This document shows, one piece after another, positions 22,357 through 35,700 of a stretch of 64,000 bases of DNA. Numbering within the stretch: the first letter of the stretch is position 1; every line of letters begins with the position of its first letter. Below the pieces are notes generated by a model, which was not told the DNA's origin, ran no database searches, and saw only the letters and a program-made list of their open reading frames with translations. The stretch spans positions 24,304,001 through 24,368,000 of the forward strand of contig OX442314.1 of assembly GCA_949358305.1 (NCBI GenBank), given 5' to 3'. This DNA comes from Strigamia acuminata. Its lineage: Eukaryota. The translations under genes were made by a program, and so were the position numbers.

Positions 22357-25300
22357 ATGCCTCGTTATCTGTGCACAAAATTGAAGAATTTAATGTGCAA
22401 ACATAACGTAAGACACAAATTAGTATTTACCGTATTTATTTGTTTATTTATTTATTTAATTTGTAGTGTCGTTTCTTTAATAATGAAGCTTTCAATGATC
22501 TTTCGAGGGTATTGAGTGAAAAGCGTGTTTTAAAAAGCGATGTCGTTCGTTCACATCATGCCAATGACGAAGGATACCACACGTAATAAATTGTCAATTT
22601 AAGAAAAAAAAAATTAAAATTAAAAAAAATAAATTTATTTCAGACCTTCCTTACCCGATGTTGTTGTTTTCCCCGAATCAACCAACGAAGTGAGTCAAAT
22701 TGCCAAAATTTGCCACGCACATCGAATACCGATCATACCATTTGGTACGGGAACTGGAATAGAAGGAGGTGTCAATGCGGTTCAAGTATATACAATTAGT
22801 AACACGAATTTTTTTTTGAAAATATTCTATTGATAATATTTTTTTTTATAAAGGGAGGAGTGTGTGTAGACTTAACCTCCATGTCTAAAATTTATAATGT
22901 AAATTTGTTGGATTTTTATGCATCTGTTCAACCCGGAGTTACGAGAACGGCCCTTAATTCACACCTTCGTGGCTCGGGTACATGGTTTCCTGTAGGTTAG
23001 AAATTTAAAAATTTAAACAAATTTGAAAACAACAATTTTAAAAGAATAATTGTTTAAGATCCTGGCGCTGACGCGTCTTTGTGCGGAATGGCAGCCACAA
23101 GTGCATCGGGTACAAATGCGGTAAAATACGGCACCATGCGAGAGAATGTGGTCAATTTGGAAGTCGTTCTTCCAGACGGTGCAATTATTCACACTGCGGG
23201 TGAAAAACGACAGACTCGGTAAACATTTACTAATAAATTAATTAATTTGAATTTCAATTTTTAATTGTTGACAGGAAAACTTCAGCTGGCTACAACTTGA
23301 CCAATTTGTTTGTGGGTTCGGAAGGCACGTTAGGCCTAATTACGGCTGCCACTCTCCGACTTCATGCAATTCCACAAGCGGTTGGTTTTTAACAGAAATA
23401 TGTCAACGATGAATTTTAAAAATTCTATTTGTGGTTAGGTTTTTACTTGTGTTTGCAATTTTCCATCCGTCGATCATGCGGTAAACATGACACTCGAGTT
23501 GCTACAATTATCATTGGGTGTTGCTCGAATTGGTTTGTATTTAATTTCCAAACCAAAATTTATTTTTACTAATCGTTTATTTCTTAAACTTAGAATTATT
23601 GGACCCTGTAGCCATAAAAGCATGCAACTCGTACAGCAAAACCGATTATCCATCGGTTCCGACATTATTTCTGGAGTTTCACGGGTCACAAAGTGAAGTT
23701 AAATATCAATTGGAGGCTGTTGGTATAATTTTATTCTTTATCATATTAAATTACCAACTAATTTTTAATTTTTTTCTATTTAAAAAAAAGAGGAAATTTT
23801 AGGGTCTAATGAAGGCAAACTAGTACGCTCGGCCGAATTGCAAGAAGAAAGAAATGCACTGTGGAAGGCCAGACATGAATTGTTTTACAGTTGCTTAGCT
23901 CTTCGACCAGGAGCTAAAGTATAAAACAAAAACAATTGGCGCATTCATAAAGTCATTCAGACTAAACAGCATTTCAAATAACATGTTTAAAACTGCTTGC
24001 CTCGATCTAACTTGAAAAATGGCAGCTAGGGTTTCGATACCGGGAAACCGGGGTACCGATTTCCCGGGAATCCCGGTGAGAAATCACGGTACTGGGAACC
24101 GGGAAATTGGAGAAAAACCGGTTCCGTCAAAAATTCGTTGCTGAAACATCATTTTCGTCGGTCAAACGTTATATTTTGTAACTTTTCAGTGATGAAAACG
24201 GCCATTTTTAACGAAAAATAGCTTAAAAAATGGCAATTTTTAACGAAAAATGCCTATTTTTGACGAAAAACGGCCATTCTTGACGGAAAACGGCCACTTT
24301 TGATGGAAAACGGCCATTTTTACCTTAAAAAATGGCTCAAAATTGCTAAAAATGACTATTTTTGACAAAAAACGGCCATATTTTGTCATTTTTCGTCGCC
24401 TCTCACCTGACCTTTCTTGGTCCCGGGAGTACCGATTTCCCGGGAGTACCGGCCATTTTGGTACCGGGAACCAGGAATTTTAAAAAGGTGGGAAAACAGA
24501 AACCCTAATGGCAGCTGATTTAGACTGTTTTCAGTTGCACGACATTTAAACAACAAAACATGTTTAACTAGCAGTTAAACATGACTTTACCGTATTACCT
24601 CACATAAAGCGGCATGCAGCTGGGCATGGGTTTACCAGCTTTTCAAAATTGGGTAAAAAAATTTATACCGGCATGCCGGTATAAAACGAAACATGCCGGT
24701 ATAAGTGAAAAAATTTTTTTTTTAGTTTTTTATTTAAAAAAGAATATTGACAATAAGAACACATCATTCTCCCACAGTAACCACGTCCATTATTGTAATC
24801 ACTCGAAGCTTGGATGAATTGTAAACAACTACACCTTATGGTGCTGTTTTTATACGGTTTGAGACTAAAAACGTCCTTCAGACGTACCTTAAACTGAGCC
24901 GTTATTATTGTAATTCGAAATACCCGTGAAAAAAAAATTTGTACTCACTTACACCGGCACGCCGTTATAAACGAGGTTTATCGGCATGCCGGTATAACTC
25001 GAATTATACCGGCATGCGGCTTAATGTGAGGTAATACGGTATGAATGTGCAGAACGTTTACACGGAAGAAATAAACCTTTTTAATGTCTTAACAGGCTAT
25101 CACTACCGATGTTTGTGTTCCCATTACACAACTTCCTAAAAGTATTACCCACGCTCAAGAGACAATTGCAAAATCAGGGCTAATAGGTCTGGGAACAAAT
25201 TTAGCGAGAAAAAATCGTCAAATTATTGAATTGTATTTTTTTAAGGGCCTTGTTTTGGACATGTTGGAGATGGGAATTTCCACACGATTTTGTTGTGCGA

Positions 25301-25592
25301 CATGAATAATAAAGACGAAGTTGCTCTGGCAAAGGACGTATCTAAACAAATAGCAATGTTTGTTTACGTTAGAACATCAACCCAAACAAAATTTGATTAA
25401 CTTATTATTGTTTTTAGATATGCTCTGTCGTTGGGTGGAACTTGTACGGGTGAACATGGTATTGGACAAGGGAAAATGGATTTGCTCGAGATCGAGGTGG
25501 GCAGTCAAACCCTGGATGTCATGAAAAAAGTGAAACTGGCTATTGATCCCTTGTTAATCATGAACCCCGGTAAAATATTACATATCCAATAA
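22357..25592 (+). CDS. LDHD: Probable D-lactate dehydrogenase, mitochondrial (FAD-linked oxidase), 12 exons
   Basis: Exons 22357-22407, 22467-22582, 22644-22785, 22854-22995, 23059-23218, 23275-23380, 23439-23532, 23594-23722, 23791-23918, 25096-25186, 25246-25357, 25418-25592. Motifs: [87 protein letters not shown]. Confidence 0.95.
24027..24507. mobile_element. hAT-type MITE, 481 bp
   Basis: TIRs TAGGGTTTC / GAAACCCTA; perfect 8-bp TSD ATGGCAGC (24019-24026 and 24508-24515); CCGGGA subterminal repeats; internal ~20-bp AAAACGGCCATTTT repeats. Confidence 0.92.
24590..25039. mobile_element. Tc1/mariner (pogo/Tc2-like) MITE, 450 bp
   Basis: TIRs CCGTATTACCTCACAT / ATGTGAGGTAATACGG; TA TSD (24588-24589, 25040-25041); palindromic ACCGGCATGCCGGT subterminal repeats. 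Confidence 0.9.
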
Positions 25593-25787
25593 AAACAAGA
25601 AAATTGTAAAAAAAATTTATCAAAAACTGAATAAAACATATATTTTGATCGGAATAATAGCATTACTTTTAATGTTTATTTATTTAATGTTTAAATTTTC
25701 CGCCATTGTGAATACTGTCGCAGACGTCGATTGCAACGCCCTCCTGTGGCGATTAACTACACTTGAATCTAGCGAGTTTTCGAAGTG

Positions 25788-28700
25788 ATGGCGGCGGCAT
25801 GTAAATATTTCGAAGAGGATGCGGTATATCGAATCAACAAGAAAGGACAGTTGGAATACGGACTCATCTTGGAGAATTCCGAGTTTATTTCGAGCGATGA
25901 GGAAGATAGTAGCGATTTAAAAAATGACGAGTGGGAACCGATGAAGAAGGGACACGTACGCATAGCATGGCATCCGAGGGGCGATGAAGAGGTTCTAGCC
26001 GAAAGAAAGGTTTTATTCGTGCCGAGAGCTTGAACCCGAGTTAATTAGCATTATCAAACGTCCAGGTATTTTTGGCCGATCGTGCATTGATGCCGGGTGA
26101 CGTAGTACGACGAGTAATCAAGGGGAAAGACACACAACGCGGCTACTGCAGGACTGTCGACGTTAAGGCGAGTGTGCAGGTTGTGGGCACACGACAAGTG
26201 ATCAGCAGTGTCAACAGTCGTGATTTGGTTCCTCTTGAGGTGAGCAAATAGTACGAGTGATTGGGTTTTGCATTTTGGAAGGCTTATTTTAATTATTATT
26301 TTGCTTTTTTTTTGTTTTTAATTTTATTTCAGGAATTTGTTGCTGATATTGCAATTTTTTTGGATTCTTGGGTCGGGATAATCAAAATGGTGAAGTCGAA
26401 AGTGAATTTGAGGTGTTCGGATGGATCCAAATGTGTCGTGCCGGATGATGCTGCGTACGATTTGGATGATTTGCTGGATAAAAGAGAACGGGTGAGGAAT
26501 TTAGAATTTTTTTTAAGAAATTAAATGAATTATTTTTTTTAAAATAGGGATCGGAGTTTCGTAAGTACGATTTCTATCCTGGACAGCAATTGTGGGGCCC
26601 CGTACGTAGTTTCGAGGACGCTGAATGGATATATTTAACCGATGAAATGCGCTCGTTGCTGCAAAAGCATCAAAAAATTATTCGCGTGACCGTCGAATGT
26701 GTGAGTTACATTTTTTATTTATTTATTCTGACGTATTAATGATCGATATTATTTTTTTTTTTTAGTTGAAAGTTCAATCAATTGGCGTTCATTGGCAATG
26801 CCGAGCTTACTCGAAAGACTCAAAATTAGGAGCCGAACCGGAACAACCAAAATATCTCGTACAAGGGGACGATTTAAAGAGGTAAAAAGCTAATAAAATA
26901 ACATAAAATAAAAAATAAAAAAAAAATCTACATTTTGTTTGTTAGGGTTAAACTATTAAATATATTTGAGCCATGTACTTTGCAACTGGGGAACCGTAAT
27001 TATTACACATTTAAGGAAGACGACCTGTTGCTCACAAAGGAGCAATGGCGTCGTCTCCAACGAGATTCAAAAAATAATCAAAAGCCGAACGGTCCGGATG
27101 TGTCGAAACCAAAGGAGGAATCGATTAAAAATGCTACACCAGGTTAAATTGAACGAGAAATATGAAATATAAATTTAAAAAAATGCATTTTCGAATTGCA
27201 TACAGAGGACAGTAAGGAAGCGGACTTAAGCAAGAAGAGAGTACCGTGCGTGGAAAACGGTGGAACGACCGACAACGATTGTGATTTTGAGGACGTGGAA
27301 ACGGACGATGGAAACACATCGGACTCGACGACCATTTCCAGTCGTTCGTCCACTTCATCCGCCAGTCAGGGTAAATAAAATTGGATATTTTATTATGCTA
27401 AATGATGTTGTTATGAACATTTAGCATTTCGTAAAGGCAAGAAAATGAAGAAAGGACCCGTTGCGTTGGCAACGAAAATTCTAAATTTGAAGAAAAAGAA
27501 GTTGAAACGAGCCCGAAAAAAGGTTCATTTAGCGATAATCCCTGCTAAACCTGGGGATAAGATTATAGTGGAGACGTTGGTGACTACATCCAAGGCTCAA
27601 GTGGTGTGGCAAGTGAGTTAAAGCAGAAATTCGACGGAAAATATTGAGTAAAAAACCAAAAAAATTGATTTTTTCGTATTTTTTCGTATTTTTTCAGGAC
27701 AGCTCGATGGAAAACGATGTATCATCCACCGACCTTTATCCTATTCATCATTTGGATGAGCAAGAATTTTTTCCGGGAGATTTCGTCGTTGATAATAGGG
27801 AAAATGTTGATCCTCACGAATACGGTGTTGTGAAACGAGTTGATCATGCAGGCCGCACTACACTTGTGCATTGGATGAAGACTTACACTCAAAGCTCGGA
27901 CCCTCAGTACGAATTGAAAAATCTGTAAAATATTTTTATTTGTTTCATTTATTATTTCTATGAATTATTATTTATTCCATCGATTTGGAACCATTTTCGA
28001 GAGTTTATTCATTCACTTTTTGTCACTCTTAAAGCCCGATCTTCATGCACGAGCAAGAAGTGAGCGTCTACGACCTAAAGGATCATCCTGATTTTAAATA
28101 CAGGCCTGGCTCGGTTGTGATTCGTGTGGCTAACTTCGTGGACGACAGCACCGAATCGACAGCCGGACAAGTACTAGACGTTTATCCGAGCGGCATGGTG
28201 CAAGTGCATTGGGTGAGCGGCAAAGAGTCGTTTTGCTATCCTCAGGAATTGTATAAAGTGGGCGAATACGACTCTGACGAAGGCGAACTGTGGGACGACA
28301 CTGGCGAATCGGACGACAGTTGGGAAACCGAGTCGGAACAATCGGTGATTGCTGAAGACGGGTAAAAAAAAAAAAAAAATTAAATTAAATTAAAAATTAA
28401 TATAAAAAAAATAATTTTTTTAAAATTTTTTAAAAGGAACGAAGCGAGTCAAATTTGTACGGGCAGTCGCTCGATTCACACGCAAGTTGACGAAAGCGAT
28501 TCTTCGTTGAAACCAAAACTAGCGGCCAACATCGAGAAAGCTCGGTCCGCAATGGCACGACTGGAGGAGATTTTCACGCAAAATCCCGCGCTACAAACGG
28601 GCCCGGTCATGCGTCAACTTCTCGAAGTTTACAAGGACTGCAAGTTCGTTATTTTATTTTTTTTTAATTTAAATAAAAATAATTTAATTTTTCTCGACAT

Positions 28701-30313
28701 TTTCCAGGTTTCTCGACCGGTTAATGGGAACGGGCTTCTTCCACGAGAGCCACTTTTACGGGCTTTTGGAACGCGTTCGGGAACGCGGCCGTATATCTAG
28801 CGCGCAACGAGTGGCTGATCAAATAACGCGATTCTTCACGTGCTCGGAATCCTCTTCCGAAACAAAGTTACCGGTATCTAATTTGTCGTCGTGCGAAGTG
28901 GCTCCAAAAACTTCATCGAGTGATTCGATACCGCCAGGAGATGAGACGAGAACAGGCCACATCTGTGCCAGGTTATGCTCTTTGCTCAAGGGACAATTAC
29001 TCAAGGCCCACGAGGAAGTGGTGCGGCGCTTCGGTGGACAGGTCCACGACAAGCTGGCGAGCGAAATGTCGCCGGAAACGACTAACGGCGAAGCGGGACC
29101 TGCAAATGCGGTCGATCAAGAGGCCACGAGTGCGTTGTCGGTCGATGTGAAGGAATCGGAGGAGGAACCGGTCGACGCGGCACAAGGTGTGTGAAGTCGG
29201 AATTCTTTGCGTTTCCAATTAATTAATTAAATTGAAAAATTAAATTGCAGCGTTTACGATGCTGGAAAATGTGCCTGACAGTCACAAGTTCAAGCTGACT
29301 ATGTTTGAGCCTAACGAGGCTAAAACGTTTTTTAAAGGAGTACGGAAGGAAGTAGGTTGCCATTTGAAATGTAAAATGAATGAATTTATATTTATTGTAT
29401 TTTATTTCCAGTTGAAATTGCTCAAAACATCTCTGCCCGACGGGATTTTGGTGAAAGGTTTCGAGGATCGGATGGATTTATTCTCGGTTCTTATCAAGGG
29501 ACCCGCGAGAACGCCTTACGAGGACGGGGTTTTTCTATTCGACTTTCAACTCTCGCCCGATTACCCAAAATCGCCGCCTTTATGTCATTACATCAGTTAT
29601 TGTTCCGACAGACTCAATCCGAATTTATACGAGGATGGCAAAGTGTGTGTCAGTTTGCTCGGAACATGGGGCGGAAAAGTAGGAATTTAATCAATTAATC
29701 GATGATAATAATAATTACTATTATTTGTAATGCAGGGAACTGAAGTTTGGACGAGTAATTCAAGTTTGCTACAAGTGATCGTTTCCATCCAAGGCCTAAT
29801 TCTAGTGGGAGAACCGTATTTCAATGAAGCGGGTTATGAAAGACAAAAAGGCACTCAACAAGGCCGTGAAAACAGTCGCATGTACAATGAAATGGTCGTG
29901 CTCAAATTGGTTCAATCGATGACTAAATTGGTGGCGTGTCCGCCGGAGTTGTTCAAAAGCGAAATCACGTCCCATTTCCAGCAAAATGCGTACAGGTAGG
30001 CGACATATTTCTAATCGATTGCAAACGAATGTGAACTCTTGGTTTGACTTGCAGCATGATCCAAAGACTTCAGATTTGGTTAGAAATCTCTGAGAAGCAT
30101 AACGATGCACACCCAGTGAGTCCAGCAACGCCCACGGCTTTCAAAACGCTTCACGACAAATCTGTAGACAAAATAGACCTACCGGAGTTCCCCCTAGTCC
30201 CGGCTTCCAAGGGTTTTTGTCTCACTCTGCGGAAAAGTTTGGCTTTGTTAAAAGAGGTTTTAGCCAGTGTTGGCATCACGGACGAGCCCGCCAGTACCGC
30301 GCCTGATAGTTAA
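25788..30313 (+). CDS. UBE2O: E2/E3 hybrid ubiquitin-conjugating enzyme UBE2O-like, 16 exons
   Basis: Exons 25788-26009, 26066-26239, 26333-26491, 26548-26700, 26766-26881, 26946-27142, 27206-27370, 27425-27612, 27698-27906, 28035-28361, 28437-28643, 28708-29186, 29251-29351, 29412-29678, 29736-29995, 30055-30313. Motifs: [35 protein letters not shown] domain [12 protein letters not shown]...[20 protein letters not shown] with catalytic Cys, and PYFNEAG. Confidence 0.95.
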
Positions 30314-31199
30314 CGCCACGCCACGCTACGGAAACGCGATTTACCGCAGTGGTTTGGATCGCCGGGGTCGACACGGGAGTCGATCGAGGGCGACCACCAA
30401 AGTGATCTTCAAAATTGACTTCTAATCATTAATTTTTCTCTATGCAAATCGAACCACGCAATTAATTTACTGCGTTCAGATCAATGGGTGATTTATTTGC
30501 TCCCAGCCCTCCCCCTTTTTCCCTTTTGTTTTTATTCAATTTATTAAGCGAGGGGGAAGAGTATGAATTAAATTTGGAAGCTCATTTCTAATGTGGATAA
30601 AACAAGAAAAAGAAATTGTATAATTAAAAGTGATATTTTTGTTTTCCAAAAACTTGATATTTTATTTCCTCTGAATATTTCTTTCATTACACAACTTGTA
30701 ATATTTAAATACTTCACATTCCACTTTGACCGATTATACTGCAGAATTCAGCTATTTTGTATTGCGCAGTTCGGGCTGTCGGCGCCAAAAATCGTCTCAG
30801 TTTGACGGAACTTAGTTAATCTTAAAGATGTCCGCAGGTAGGAAACCGTTCTTTTACTTCTTTGCACCGTTACTGCGCATGCCGTCGCCAATAATGGCTT
30901 CTGCGCTGCACGACAAATGAGTTTCGGTTTAAAATTTACTGGATCCGGTTATTAAAACGTTGCTCCTTTTCCATTGGCAGTCGAGTCATTTGGCTTGTGG
31001 TCTGAATAAAAGCGGATTCCATCACTAGGCACTGGTCAGCAAATTACGTTAATTTGCCCAGCCTCCTTTATCCTCGTTTTATCGAATGTATTAAACAAGA
31101 GGGAAAAGTATGAATTAAATTTGGAAGCTCATTTTCGTTTGATCTATCTGTGTGGTTCAGTATGTTTGAGAAACAAAGTCGTTGTACGCGCTTCAGAAT

Positions 31200-31456
31200 T
31201 GGAATTTAAGTCTCTGTTTATTGCAGTTTAGTATGATCTAAAGATTTCACACTCGGTTAGAAATCTCTGTGAGAAGCATAACGATGCGCACCCAGTCACT
31301 CCAGTTTGGTAGTTTTAGTAGTGTTGTAATCACGGACGAGCCTGCCAGTTACGCTCTTGAAAGTTAGCTACGCCACACTACGGAAACACGATTTACCACA
31401 ATGGTTTGAATTGTCGGGATCGACACAAGAGTCAATCGAAGGCAACCACCAAAGTG
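31200..31456 (+). pseudogene. Decayed, internally deleted copy of the UBE2O last exon and start of its 3' UTR
   Basis: Aligns by eye to ~30028-30404 (GGTTAGAAATCTCTG..GAGAAGCATAACGATGC; ATCACGGACGAGCC; ACCACCAAAGTG) with a frameshift and a >100 bp deletion. Confidence 0.85.
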
Positions 31457-32697
31457 CAGATCTACTACGAAGCTGATGAAGCTTAAGTTCACTGCCTCAA
31501 CACAACAGGGGCCTCCAGGAACGATGTGTGTACAGTATGTGAATACATGGCGCTCTGGAAACGGTGTGGATTTTCTCTTATTGCATACTTTAGAAAGGGC
31601 ACATCAACATTCTTAGCCATCGGTAACACGGGCGTCTGTGCTTTACCACAAATTAAAATCGGTGCAAAAGCCACTGGGTGAACTTATTGAAACGATGGAG
31701 ATCACATTTCCGGAGTAAATTCATTGCCGTCGCCTTAGACTTAAAAATTGCCATCATAGAAGGCGATCGGAAGTACATCAAACATGTTTTCCAACATGCA
31801 CGTAATTGTTCAATATATGAAATTATTACAAGATAAATAAAACTATTTTTTACGCCATACAAAACCCAAGTTTCTAACTTAACAAGCGCGACCGAGGCCG
31901 CCTTATTGTCGAGTTAGTCGACAAAAAGTTTGGTTAAGATTGTATTGTATTTTTAATTCGATTGGAAATTAAAAAGAGTGTGGAAGCCAAAATGATGCTC
32001 GTTAACGAGTTGTGATTTGCGCGGGTGTTGTGTTGCCCCTTTTCCATTTGCAGTCGAGCCATTTGGCTTGTGGTCTCAATAAAAGCGGATTCCATCGCTA
32101 CGCACTGGTCAGCAAATTACGTTAATTGCTGCCAAGGAAACTTGCCATTATCCTAAAGACAGCAGGTGTCGAAACCAGTGCCAGAAGATGTTTCGCTTTC
32201 TTTCTTTCACTCGTTTTCTAAGAGAGACAAATGAAGGGAACGATTGAATCGAATGTGCTAAAATGAAGATTACGTGTTCTTAGTTGACTTAATTTTCCGT
32301 TTTTCTTCCGGGATGTTTGTTGACGTTCCAAGAAAATTGTAACATTGTAATGACTAACTTCCCTTTAGTTGTAGAAATTGAATATTTATTACGGATAAAA
32401 TAAGTTGCAACGAACATAAATCTAGAAAATCGGAACATGTTAAAAATTCATCCTACATTTGTTTAAATTTAGCCCCATGTGCTTTGCTGCGCTGCAACAA
32501 ACCAATACGATTTAAATTCTGAAATTCTGATCGGAATAAAATGCAAAATGATAATTTAAACCGTTTTTACTGCAGCTTAAACGCCAAAATCAATTTCTCT
32601 CGACGGACTATTATTAAAATATCACATTTTATTAAATTTTTATTTATTATAAAATTGACAAAAAAACAATTTCCTCTTTATATTTCTTTTCTCAATC

Positions 32698-32733
<36 letters not shown>

Positions 32734-35700
32734 GATAAAAATAAATGAAACATTCATTTGTGAGTCACTTGTTGCGGCTATCAGCAAAGTGCAATGCATC
32801 TTCAACCATCCATCAACACAGCTTCATCTTTAGGCAACGAGTCGCTGGCAGCAAAGAGCCAAACTCATGACTTTTTCATCAATGGTAATGTATCAAGTTA
32901 ATTACCGAATCCTTTACATCTTTTCAATCTTTTCAATAATAAAAGTGCAGCGCCTAATATAAATAACATTGGGAGCGACGTGGCAATGTAATCTTTGCCA
33001 ACTCATCAGTTAGCGAAAGCCTTGTCAGCTATGAAAAGTGAGAAATTTCACCTGCATCGACTGACGACAGCTTTACCCGTCAGGGGAAGCTTCGCTCGGT
33101 GCCAGGCAGAGGCCAGCCCGGAAAATTGGATGATAATGAGCCTTTTGGTTGGTGACTCGTGCGTGCGTTGCGGGTGCGTCCACTAGATAGGACACGGCGA
33201 TGCTGATGGCTCTCGCTGCACCTTCCTACCCCAGTCCACAAAATGAGAAATTGTGTCCACGACTGATTTGATTTGTCTTCCATTTCTGATCGACTTAGAT
33301 GAGAAGCAGAGACTGAGATGTATCGAATCGAAGCAAGTTTAATGTTGCAGAAGCCGCCTCGCCTCTCACTCTCACTCTCACTGCGCTGCCTACTTCTCTC
33401 TCTTCTCTCTCATCTACTCTTTACACTCGGTTGAAACAGTTTGCTCGATGGAATGAGATTTTGCACTCGCTTCATTGCAGCTCTGCAAATATTGGATCAA
33501 ATGCAACTCGATACCCGACTAGAAATTATTTATTTCGACAATTTATAACGAGTATAAGTATTCTCAATTGAACGTGCGCTGAATAGAAATCCTCTTCATA
33601 TCTCAAAGCGTTGAGCTGCTAATGCAATTAGAGATGAGAGTTACGTTTGCACTGCAGGCATGAAACTTCCCTCAAAGTTTCACGTCAATACAATACATAC
33701 AATCACGTAATTAATAATTGGTGGTTGCATTCGCAACGTCGGACACAATGTGGACATTTGTTTCTGAAAGAAATGTAAAGGGAAAGACGATTTTAAAACT
33801 TTTAACTTAAAATTGCGGCTTGTAATATCTTTTACTAATCCGTAAAGCACGAGCGAAACTCCAGACAAGTGGGCACGCTTAAAAACAAACACTAGAATGT
33901 GCGTGCAAATAGTAACAAGGATTATTAAACTCAAGCAGTATCCGCTGTTGCGTGTGTAGGAAAGAAAAGCGGTTGAAAACTAAAATTGCACAAAAATTAA
34001 ATGAGAAATTTTCAAAAAAATAATTAATCTAGCGCACATATTCAGAGCGCAAGAAAAAGTGGATAGAAAAATCGATTTTGCCCAGATGGATTCTTAATGG
34101 CAGAGCGCTTGTATCTCTCCTTTGCCACTTGAAAGTTCGACTAGAGTCATAATAGTGGTGTTTGGACGACGAACAAGACGGTTTTGATGCGCCGAGCAAA
34201 ATTGTAAATTGAAGTAGGAAAAAAGTAAGTGGATATTTGTGATGGCGAAAAGAAGCACAGTCGCAAAACGCAGATATCGAGTGGGCCCAGAAGGGTGATC
34301 AGCCTCTCACCAACACCAGATATGCAAATGCAAAAAGCACCAAGACTCACCGGAACGAGATTGCAATGGCAGAACGGGGACTCGGCGAGCACGAGGCGGA
34401 TTTGAACGGCAAAATATATATATGGAATTTCTATTACCGCCCACACTCATTCACTCGCTGGCAATTTGGCCTAGGGCAAAGTGGTGGCGAGATATTCTAG
34501 CAAAATCCTCCCACTGAAATGGGATTTGACTTAATCTCTGTGAATTGAGAGACGTAGAAACCGCAAAGACGTCGTGAGGTGCGTGGCAAAAGAAATCAAT
34601 TTTGTTCAAACTTCAATTCCACTGCCTTTTAGAAACCTGTTTTAAAACATGTCACACACTCACATTTGCTGCTCGTTCAATTTGCCGTAAGACTCGTTTA
34701 CGTCTCAAATATCAACAATATAAATTGGATTTCCTTTTTTTTCCCCTTTTTTAAATTCTCAAACTCAATATATCAAAATCAAATCGTACATCAACATCTC
34801 CTAAGTAAATGACAAAATAAAAAAAATATTATTCAAATATTCATGAAACATCACTCACTCAATTATAGTTTGGTTTTTGGTTGCACCTTAATTTCTGGCG
34901 CGGAATCTCGATCAAAGTAAATTCGTAACCGCAAAATAAAATGAAATAAAAGTTTTTCTTCCGACTCCCAAATCTATCATTCACAAAACTATGCCCCGAG
35001 TCGAATTTTACACACGTTCGTGGGTGATGTTTCCCTCTTGGTCAGGTCCATGTACTTTTTGTCCCCGTCCAAATGGGAAAATACTGCACGGTGACTTTTT
35101 GGCATTGCCCGTTCCAATGCGGCGGTGTCTGCGGTGCACTTCAAAGTGGACACTCACGTGATATACTGCCCAGGGCACCCATCTTGCATAGAAACAAAAA
35201 GATAAAAAAAAAAAGAAAAAGATTTATCTTTTGATATAGAAAGTTTGAATTCCCAAGACGAACAGAAAATAAACAGGAAGTGTGTATCGTAGAGCTGCAA
35301 GTAGATTTCAATTTTCAACAAGAGGAAAAAATTAATTGTGAAGGTTACGATGTATATGGAGATAAATGTGTCCAAAAATGGACTAAATACATAAAATGAA
35401 TGTTCTATGTTATTTTATCAGCAGAAATATTGTTTAACGCGTATTAACAAATGTTTATATGTGATATTACAACATATTGGCCAAAAATACTAAATTCCTT
35501 TGAATTTAGTACAACTTGACCAAGGGATTAAGCCATCTCTCGCACCTGCACAGAGTTCAGATTAAGACAGTGATTTAATCCTGAATGTGTCTTGGCTATC
35601 CAGTTCCTGTTCTCTCCTATAAGAGAGCTAAGACCTGTGTATCCAGTTCCTGTTGAACACCTGGGATTCCTCTAATGAGAAAAGTGTCCTGTGTGTCCAG

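Larger units (their letters stand above)
23939..25050. mobile_element. Outer MITE in LDHD intron 9, host of two nested MITEs
   Basis: Left TIR GCGCATTCATAAAGTCAT (23939-23956). The right TIR ATGACTTTA|TGAATGTGC is restored (17/18 match) once the element at 24590-25039 and one TA are removed. Confidence 0.7.

Noticed and set aside
31489..31862. Two short - strand ORFs and a Cys-rich alternative frame
   Set aside because: Multiple stops and no recognisable family.
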